From an uncultured Clostridia bacterium (GTDB lineage Bacteria > Bacillota > Clostridia > Oscillospirales > Oscillospiraceae): a DNA stretch of 64,000 bases. Position numbers and translations under genes: made by a program. The notes below the pieces were generated by a model. That model saw only the letters and a list, made by a program, of their open reading frames with translations. It ran no database searches and was not told the DNA's origin. This document shows positions 57,635 through 64,000 of this stretch, in pieces (positions within the stretch are counted from its first letter, which is position 1; each line of letters opens with the position of its first letter). The stretch lies in assembly GCA_947170435.1 (NCBI GenBank), contig CAMVTO010000001.1:60780-124779 (forward strand). The letters run 5' to 3'.

Positions 57635-59338
57635 TCAAGGCAGGTAATTGAGCGGGTTGACGAGCGTGCCGTTCCGCTCCACGCCGAAGTGGCAGTGCGC
57701 GCCGCTGGCGACGCCGGAGCTTCCCACATAAGCAATGGCCTGGCCCTTGTAGACGTGCTGCCCCGCGGAGCAGGCAAAGGAACTGCAATGCTCATAGAAG
57801 GTGCGGTAGCCGTTGCCGTGGTTGATGATGACGGTGTAGCCCATCGCGCCCTTGTAGCCCGTGAACTCCACGGTGCCGCCGTCGGCCGCGACGATGGTCG
57901 CGCCGTAAGCGCAGGCGATGTCGATGCCCTGATGGTAGGTGGACGCGCCGCGGATGCCGGTGTTGCGGTAGCCAAAGTACGAGGTGAGGCGCCCGGAGCA
58001 GGGCCAGCGGAAGCTGCCCGTGGGCATCCAGCTGGGACGTTCCTTGGTGCCGCGCGCGCGGGTTTCCGTCAGAGGGGTGGTCAGCATGACCTTGGAAATG
58101 ATCGTACGCTCGGTCTCAATGCCGTTGACGTATACCACGTCCGCCACAATGTCCGCCGTGCCGTACTGGCCCTTTTTGATGACACGGGTGTCGCCCTGGT
58201 ACATGTTGGGATCGTCCACATAGTTCACGTCGTAGTCCACGTCGTCGCGGTAGTTCTGGCGCTCGGTGATCTTGACGGTCAGGTAGGGGACTTCCTTGCT
58301 CAGCACCAGCTCGTCGCCGATGTTGATGCGGTTGATATTGTAACCGGGGTTGAGGGCCAGCAGCTCGTCGTTGGACATTCCGTGTTCCATGGCGATCTTG
58401 CCCCAGGTGTCATACTTCTGAACGGTGTAGGTTGTCTCGCCGACCTTGGTGCTGTTGATCTTCTCGGCAATGTAGCCGAGGTTCACCAGACTGTCGGTGG
58501 GGACGTAGCCCTCGCTGATGCGAACGTCCTCCACAAAGTCCACGGACAGCGTGTCGTTGGATACGCCGATCTGCTTGACCTGATCAATCAACGCCTCCAG
58601 CGCGCCCTTGTAGGGCGTGGAGCCCACCAGCTCGTCGTCGATATAGAGCGAGTAACCGTAGGTGACGAGGCCAACCTCGTCCGTCAGCTCCTTCTCCAGA
58701 TTCGCGACCTCACCCAGCTCGCTGCGGCGCACAAGGCTGCTGGTGTACTGGAGCGCGTCGTCGGAAAAGGCGAAGGCGCTGCCCAGCGTCTCGGTGGTCA
58801 GCTCCTCCACGCTCGCGGCGATGCGCCGCGCCTGTGCGGCGTCGCCCACGACCTCCAGCGTCTCACCGTTGTAGCTCACAGCGGTGCCGGTGGTGTAAAG
58901 CGAGAAAAAGGCGGCCACAGAGGCAAACACCAGCGCCACGGCGACAAAGGCCAGCGGACGCAGGCGAGTGCGCCGCGTGGCGTGTACTGTGGCAACGCGG
59001 ATGTGCTTGCCGCGGCGGCGGATGAACGTCTCCCGGAGCATCGAGCGCCACATGGGAATCAGCCCCGGGATCAGCAGCAACAGCTGGATCAGGCGGCGGT
59101 CGGACTCCGGGAAATTGCCCGCCTTGTGTTCGCGGCGCAGCGTGCGCAGCCGCGGGCCGATGCGCCGCAGCCGCGCCCAGCACAGATCCGGCAGCGCGCC
59201 AATCCAGGCGAGAATTTCTGCGAGAAGCTCAGCAAGCGTGATCGGCTGCTTGATGGGTTTCTTGCCGGATTGCTGCTTGCGGACCTTCGCGTTTCGATTC
59301 TTGCTCTTTTTTTTATTACGATGATCGGGTGTTGACAT
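57635..59338 (-). CDS. Peptidoglycan DD-endopeptidase with LysM, G5 and M23 domains
   Basis: YTVQKYDTWGKIA (LysM), G5-like VIKKGQYG...RGTK, HQGIDIA and HCHF zinc motifs; start codon uncertain. Confidence 0.9.
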   Translation of the reverse strand: MSTPDHRNKKKSKNRNAKVRKQQSGKKPIKQPITLAELLAEILAWIGALPDLCWARLRRIGPRLRTLRREHKAGNFPESDRRLIQLLLLIPGLIPMWRSMLRETFIRRRGKHIRVATVHATRRTRLRPLAFVAVALVFASVAAFFSLYTTGTAVSYNGETLEVVGDAAQARRIAASVEELTTETLGSAFAFSDDALQYTSSLVRRSELGEVANLEKELTDEVGLVTYGYSLYIDDELVGSTPYKGALEALIDQVKQIGVSNDTLSVDFVEDVRISEGYVPTDSLVNLGYIAEKINSTKVGETTYTVQKYDTWGKIAMEHGMSNDELLALNPGYNINRINIGDELVLSKEVPYLTVKITERQNYRDDVDYDVNYVDDPNMYQGDTRVIKKGQYGTADIVADVVYVNGIETERTIISKVMLTTPLTETRARGTKERPSWMPTGSFRWPCSGRLTSYFGYRNTGIRGASTYHQGIDIACAYGATIVAADGGTVEFTGYKGAMGYTVIINHGNGYRTFYEHCSSFACSAGQHVYKGQAIAYVGSSGVASGAHCHFGVERNGTLVNPLNYLP

Positions 59339-59644
59339 GAACCATAACCTCAATCATAGGATTTCCCAAAATGGTTACAAATTGTAACATATGTCATGAT
59401 ACATTTTTTTCCTGTCCCCGTCAAGCCAAAAATATGGCTAAACGTGAACAAAATGTGAATTATTTCAAGCCTTTTCCCAGATTTTGGGAAAAGAGGCTGA
59501 GGGAACCACCACATGTTCCGCTTTTGCACAAAAGGTAGAAAATGAAAAAATTTGGTTCGGACGGTTGAGCATAGAGGAAAAATCATGTATCATATATGCG
59601 CAAAATCTTGCCGCGATTCACGGCATTTAGGAGGAAAACGCATT

Positions 59645-60625
59645 ATGTTTGGTTTTGGCGAAATGATCAAGGGCCTGAAGGCCAACCCCAAGAGCATCGT
59701 CTTCACCGAGGGTACCGACGCCCGCATTCTGGAAGCGAGCGCCCGTCTGCTGTCCGGTACCTTCCTCAAGCCCATCCTCATCGGCAAGGAGAACGAGGTC
59801 TTTGAGGCGGCGGAAGAGGCCGGCTTCAACATCCGCGGCGCGGAGATCGTCGATCCCGCCAGCTATCCCAAGATGGATGAAATGGTCAAGAAGATGGTCG
59901 AGCTGCGCAAGGGCAAGATGACCGAGGAGCAGTGCCGTGAGGCGCTGAGCCACGCCAACTACTTCGGCACCATGCTCGTCGCTATGGGCGAGGCGGACTG
60001 CCTGCTCGGCGGCGCCACCTACTCCACCGCGGACACCGTGCGTCCCGCGCTCCAGCTGGTCAAGACCAAGCCGGGCAACAAGATCGTCTCCTCCTGCTTC
60101 ATTATGGTTCGTGAGCGCGCTACCGGCGAGAACGAAGTCCTCGCCATGGCGGACTGCGCCATCAACATCGATCCCACCGAGGACGACCTCGTGGAGATCG
60201 CCACCGAGACCGTCAAGTGCGGTCGCGTGTTCGGCATTGATCCGCGCGTTGCGTTCCTGAGCTACTCCACCAAGGGCAGCGGCAAGGGCGAGACCGTGGA
60301 CAAGATGCGCAACGCCTGCGCCAAGGCCCAGGCCGCCATGCCCGACGTGCCGGTGGACGGCGAAATGCAGTTTGACGCCGCGACCTCTCCGGTTGTCGCC
60401 CGCACCAAGCACCTCGACGGCGGCGTCGGCGGTAAGGCGAACGTGTTCGTGTTCCCCGACATCAACGCCGGCAACATCGGCTACAAGATCGCGCAGCGTC
60501 TCGGCGGCTTCGATGCCTACGGCCCGATCCTGCTCGGCCTCAACGCGCCGATCAACGACCTTTCCCGCGGCTGCAACGGCCAGGAGGTCTACTCCATGGC
60601 GATCATCACGGCGTCTCTCGCGTAA
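59645..60625 (+). CDS. pta: Phosphate acetyltransferase
   Basis: IVFTEGTDARIL, TADTVRPALQ, ADCAINIDP, DGEMQFDAA, AGNIGYK, NDLSRG. Confidence 0.95.
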   Translation: MFGFGEMIKGLKANPKSIVFTEGTDARILEASARLLSGTFLKPILIGKENEVFEAAEEAGFNIRGAEIVDPASYPKMDEMVKKMVELRKGKMTEEQCREALSHANYFGTMLVAMGEADCLLGGATYSTADTVRPALQLVKTKPGNKIVSSCFIMVRERATGENEVLAMADCAINIDPTEDDLVEIATETVKCGRVFGIDPRVAFLSYSTKGSGKGETVDKMRNACAKAQAAMPDVPVDGEMQFDAATSPVVARTKHLDGGVGGKANVFVFPDINAGNIGYKIAQRLGGFDAYGPILLGLNAPINDLSRGCNGQEVYSMAIITASLA

Positions 60626-60636
60626 TTCAGAAAAGG

Positions 60637-60661
60637 AAAGAGGCTCTTTGAGCCTCTTTTT
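60637..60661 (+). terminator. Terminator after pta
   Basis: AAAGAGGCTC-TTT-GAGCCTCTTTTT. Confidence 0.85.
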
Positions 60662-60750
60662 CCCTTGCAATCGAGCAAACTTGTGATACAATATTCCAGT
60701 CTGAGATATACCAATCGTTCCAAACATTTTAACTGTAAAGGAGAAGAATC

Positions 60751-61734
60751 ATGGCTATCGTAACGACAACCGAAATGTTCAAGAAGGCGTACAACGGCGG
60801 TTACGCCATCGGCGCGTTCAACGTCAACAACATGGAGATCATCCAGGGCATCACCGAGGCCGCCATCGACCTCAAGGCCCCCCTGATCCTTCAGGTTTCC
60901 AAGGGCGCGCGCAGCTATGCCAAGCACGTCTACCTCATGAAGCTCATTGAGGCGGCGGTGCAGGATGCCGAGCAGACCGCGGGCTTTGATCTGCCCATCG
61001 CAGTCCATCTCGACCACGGCGACAGCTTCGAGCTGTGCAAGAGCTGCATCGACGGCGGCTTCACCTCCGTTATGATCGACAAGAGCGGTCTGCCCATCGA
61101 GGAGAACATCAAGATCACCCGTCAGGTCGTCGAGTATGCCCATGACCACGGCGTCGTTGTCGAGGCCGAGCTGGGCACGCTGGCCGGCGTCGAGGACGAG
61201 GTCAATGTTTCCGCTGAGGATTCCTCCTACACCAAGCCCGAGGACGTGCAGCACTTCGTTGAGGAGACCGGCTGCGACTCCCTCGCCATCGCCATCGGCA
61301 CCAGCCACGGCGCTTACAAGTTCACGGCTGCCCAGTGCACCCGCGATGCCAACGGCAAGCTGGTTCCGCCCCCGCTGCGCTTCGACATTCTCGAAGAGGT
61401 CGCCAAGCGCCTGCCCGGCTTCCCCATCGTGCTCCACGGCTCTTCCAGCGTCCCGCAGGAGTTCGTCGACAAGATCAACAAGTACGGCGGCAAGATGCCC
61501 GACGCCGTCGGTATCCCCGAAGAGCAGCTCCGCAAGGCGGCTGAGATGGCGGTGTGCAAGATCAACATCGACTCCGACCTGCGCCTCGCGCTGACGGCTT
61601 GCATCCGCGAGCACTTCGCCGAGCATCCCGATCACTTCGACCCGCGCCAGTACCTCAAGCCCGGCCGCGAGGCCATCAAGGCCATGGTCGAGCACAAGAT
61701 CAAGGACGTGCTGGGCTGCGATAATAAGGCCTGA
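60751..61734 (+). CDS. fba: Fructose-1,6-bisphosphate aldolase class II
   Basis: GAFNVNNME, HLDHG, VEAELG, IGTSHGAYK, VLHGSS, KINIDSD. Confidence 0.97.
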   Translation: MAIVTTTEMFKKAYNGGYAIGAFNVNNMEIIQGITEAAIDLKAPLILQVSKGARSYAKHVYLMKLIEAAVQDAEQTAGFDLPIAVHLDHGDSFELCKSCIDGGFTSVMIDKSGLPIEENIKITRQVVEYAHDHGVVVEAELGTLAGVEDEVNVSAEDSSYTKPEDVQHFVEETGCDSLAIAIGTSHGAYKFTAAQCTRDANGKLVPPPLRFDILEEVAKRLPGFPIVLHGSSSVPQEFVDKINKYGGKMPDAVGIPEEQLRKAAEMAVCKINIDSDLRLALTACIREHFAEHPDHFDPRQYLKPGREAIKAMVEHKIKDVLGCDNKA

Positions 61735-61749
61735 TAAGGAGAGACAACA

Positions 61750-62988
61750 ATGGCTGAACTGAAAGGCGCATGCATCATCGGGCAGTCCGGCGGCCCGACC
61801 TCCGTCATCAACGCCAGCGCGTACGGCGTCATCCGCACCGCGCTCGATAACCCCAACATCACCGGCGTCTACGGCGCCGAGCACGGCATCGTCGGCGTGC
61901 TGAACGATCGCCTCTTTGACATGAGCAAGGAGGATCCCAAGGAACTGGAGCTGCTCAAGTACACCCCGTCCTCCGCCCTCGGCTCCTGCCGCTACAAGAT
62001 GAAGGACCCGGATGTGGACGACACCGACTACAAGCGCATCCTTGAGGTGTTCAAAAAGCACGACGTCCGCTATTTCTTCTACAACGGCGGCAACGACTCC
62101 ATGGACACCTGCAACAAGATCTCCAAGTATATGCAGAAGGTCGGCTATGACTGCCGTGTCATGGGCGTGCCCAAGACCATCGACAACGACCTGTTCGGCA
62201 CCGACCACTGCCCGGGCTTTGCCTCCGCCGCAAAGTACATCGCGACGAGCTGCATGGAAGTCTGGCACGACGCGCGTGTGTACGACAAGGGCATGGTCTG
62301 CATCATCGAGATCATGGGCCGTCACGCCGGCTGGCTGACCGCCGCCTCCGTCCTCGCCTGTGAGTACGGCGCGGGTCCCGACCTCATCTATGTCCCCGAG
62401 GTCGACTTCGACATGGACAAGTTCCTCGCCGACGTGGAGCGCATCTACAAGGAGAAGGGCAACGTCATGGTCGCCGTCTCCGAGGGCATCCACTACGCCG
62501 ACGGCAGCTTCGTGTCCGAGGCCAAGACCAGCGCCACCGACGGCTTCGGCCACGCGCAGCTGGGCGGGCTCGCGGCGCTTCTGGCGAACGTGGTCAAGGA
62601 GCGCACCGGCGCCAAGGTGCGCGGCATTGAGCTGAGCCTGCTCCAGCGCTGCGGCGCGCACCTCGCCTCTCAGACCGACATTGAGGAGAGTTTCATGGCC
62701 GGCAAGGCGGCGGTGGAGAATGCCGTTGCGGGCATCACCGACAAGATGGTCGCCTTCGAGCGCGCCACCGAGAACGGTCACTATGTCTGCAAGACCAAGC
62801 TGCTCAACCTCACCGATGTGGCGAACTTCGAGAAGAAGGTGCCGCTGGAGTGGATCAACGACGAGCACAACGGCATCAAGCATGAGTTCGTCGACTATGC
62901 GCTGCCCCTGATCCAAGGCGAGACGAAGATGGTCAAGGAGGATTCCCTCCCGCGCTTCGCCAAGCTCAAGAAGGTCATCGCGGAGTAA
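61750..62988 (+). CDS. pfk: 6-phosphofructokinase, probably PPi-dependent
   Basis: QSGGPTSVIN, GGNDSMD (Asp) and PKTIDND (Lys) PPi-type determinants, EIMGRHAGW. Confidence 0.9.
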   Translation: MAELKGACIIGQSGGPTSVINASAYGVIRTALDNPNITGVYGAEHGIVGVLNDRLFDMSKEDPKELELLKYTPSSALGSCRYKMKDPDVDDTDYKRILEVFKKHDVRYFFYNGGNDSMDTCNKISKYMQKVGYDCRVMGVPKTIDNDLFGTDHCPGFASAAKYIATSCMEVWHDARVYDKGMVCIIEIMGRHAGWLTAASVLACEYGAGPDLIYVPEVDFDMDKFLADVERIYKEKGNVMVAVSEGIHYADGSFVSEAKTSATDGFGHAQLGGLAALLANVVKERTGAKVRGIELSLLQRCGAHLASQTDIEESFMAGKAAVENAVAGITDKMVAFERATENGHYVCKTKLLNLTDVANFEKKVPLEWINDEHNGIKHEFVDYALPLIQGETKMVKEDSLPRFAKLKKVIAE

Positions 62989-62998
62989 GAACAATGGA

Positions 62999-63031
62999 AA
63001 AAATTCCCGCTCACAAGAGCGGGAATTTTTT
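62999..63031. terminator. Bidirectional terminator
   Basis: AAAAATTCCCGCTC-ACAA-GAGCGGGAATTTTTT. Confidence 0.9.
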
Positions 63032-63034
63032 GTC

Positions 63035-64000
63035 TCAATACTTATCCACAAACAGTCCGTCGATCAGCGAAGCCAGCGTCCAGAGGCCGAGGAAGGCGAG
63101 CAGTGAAAATGGGGTAAACTGCGTGTACGCCGCCACGAAGCTCAGGTAGAAGCCCAGCAGCGCGCCGCTGACGGACGCGAGGAGCGACAGTACGTTGCCG
63201 ATGCGCACCGCGCGGCAGAGGCGCTTGCTGCCCACCGCCAGCTCCGCGTAAGGCATCAGCCCCTCGCGATAGATCAGCGCGCAGGGCTGGGAGCCGTCCT
63301 TTTCGGAGAGCGCGAGGCGCGTGGAGAGCTGGGGATAGACCGCGTGCGCATCGGTGCCGAATTTGCGCTTGAGAAGCGCCGGGGTAATATTGCCATCGCG
63401 CACCGCCAGCACCGGCGTAATGTGTGCGCGGTGCAGGGCATGGAGCGCCCAGTCCACGTTCTCCGCCGCCATATACTTGACCGCGAACACCGCGATGAGC
63501 ACGTTGTCGACCACGAGGAACATGCCGGTTTGCAGCTTCATGCCGTGGGGGAGCGAGACGCCCATCTTGCGGCAGAAGCTCGCCGTACCGAAGAGCACGG
63601 ACTCGCCGTGGATCGTGCCGCCGACGCCGCCCTCTTCATAGAAATTAAGGTCGGACAGCGGCTCAGGATGCCCACCCTCCTGCTCGAGCAGGTTGTCGAA
63701 CAAGCGGGAGATGCCGGTTTCCGAGGCGTGGGCCATGGTGGCGGCGTAGGAGATGACCTTGCCGCTTTCCTCGCCGAAAATCTTGAGGCCACCCAGCGTC
63801 ACCGTTCCCGGCGGAAACAGGTCGCTGTCGGTCAGGATCAGACAGTTGCTGCGGCGCATCACGTCCGCACCGCGCCAGCCTGCCAGCGCGCTGCCGCACT
63901 TGGTGAATCGGCTCGTCAGCCGGCGCAGGGGCAGGGGATAGATCAGGGGGAACGCCAGCGCGTTTGCGCCTGCGAGCACTGCCGAAAGATTCCAGAAGTA
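63035..64000 (-). CDS. Membrane protein with degenerate P1B-type ATPase-like C-terminal region (5' truncated by window)
   Basis: Frame open to the window edge; segment order TM, P-like, N-like, two C-terminal TMs; no DKTGT. Confidence 0.55.
   Translation of the reverse strand, partial: YFWNLSAVLAGANALAFPLIYPLPLRRLTSRFTKCGSALAGWRGADVMRRSNCLILTDSDLFPPGTVTLGGLKIFGEESGKVISYAATMAHASETGISRLFDNLLEQEGGHPEPLSDLNFYEEGGVGGTIHGESVLFGTASFCRKMGVSLPHGMKLQTGMFLVVDNVLIAVFAVKYMAAENVDWALHALHRAHITPVLAVRDGNITPALLKRKFGTDAHAVYPQLSTRLALSEKDGSQPCALIYREGLMPYAELAVGSKRLCRAVRIGNVLSLLASVSGALLGFYLSFVAAYTQFTPFSLLAFLGLWTLASLIDGLFVDKY

Noticed and set aside
59370-59470. GTTACAAATTGTAAC palindrome and TGTGAA-like strings between the M23 gene and pta as WalR or Rex boxes
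   Set aside because: Half-site spacing does not fit TGTWAH-N5-TGTWAH and the Rex match is poor in an AT-rich spacer

Overview
High-GC chromosomal window from an anaerobic gut Clostridia-class bacterium; gene content and intergenic style suggest Oscillospiraceae (inference). It is mostly core housekeeping DNA: the 3' part of pyruvate:ferredoxin oxidoreductase, an apbE flavinylation trio, mreB-like gene, CIRCE-controlled hrcA-grpE-dnaK-dnaJ containing a parS site, xth, thiolase, glmU-prs-pth-mfd-prsA, pgk-tpiA-gpmI-like, a Trp T-box with stand-alone trpB2, prfB, recD2-mnmG, rnfCDGEAB, radC-uvrB-...-uvrA, a Zn ABC transporter, and pta-fba-PPi-pfk. I found no transposase, integrase, phage structural gene, rRNA, tRNA or CRISPR array. 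The unexplained signal is intergenic or hidden in intact ORFs. (1) An unannotated type I toxin-antitoxin-like unit at 4.8-5.1 kb: a 28-aa peptide plus a convergent sRNA, both transcripts starting with the same 11-mer. (2) A 0.9-kb island after rnfB with a promoter, long-hairpin RNA, terminator and 72-aa orphan ORF, bracketed by outward-facing repeats. (3) Two dispersed repeat families, one a palindrome with compensatory stem changes and a conserved AAGA-containing loop. (4) Four intact ORFs that have lost catalytic motifs: iPGM, the GlmU uridyltransferase domain, a HAD protein and a P1B-ATPase-like protein. All calls are by-eye motif recognition; no searches were run.
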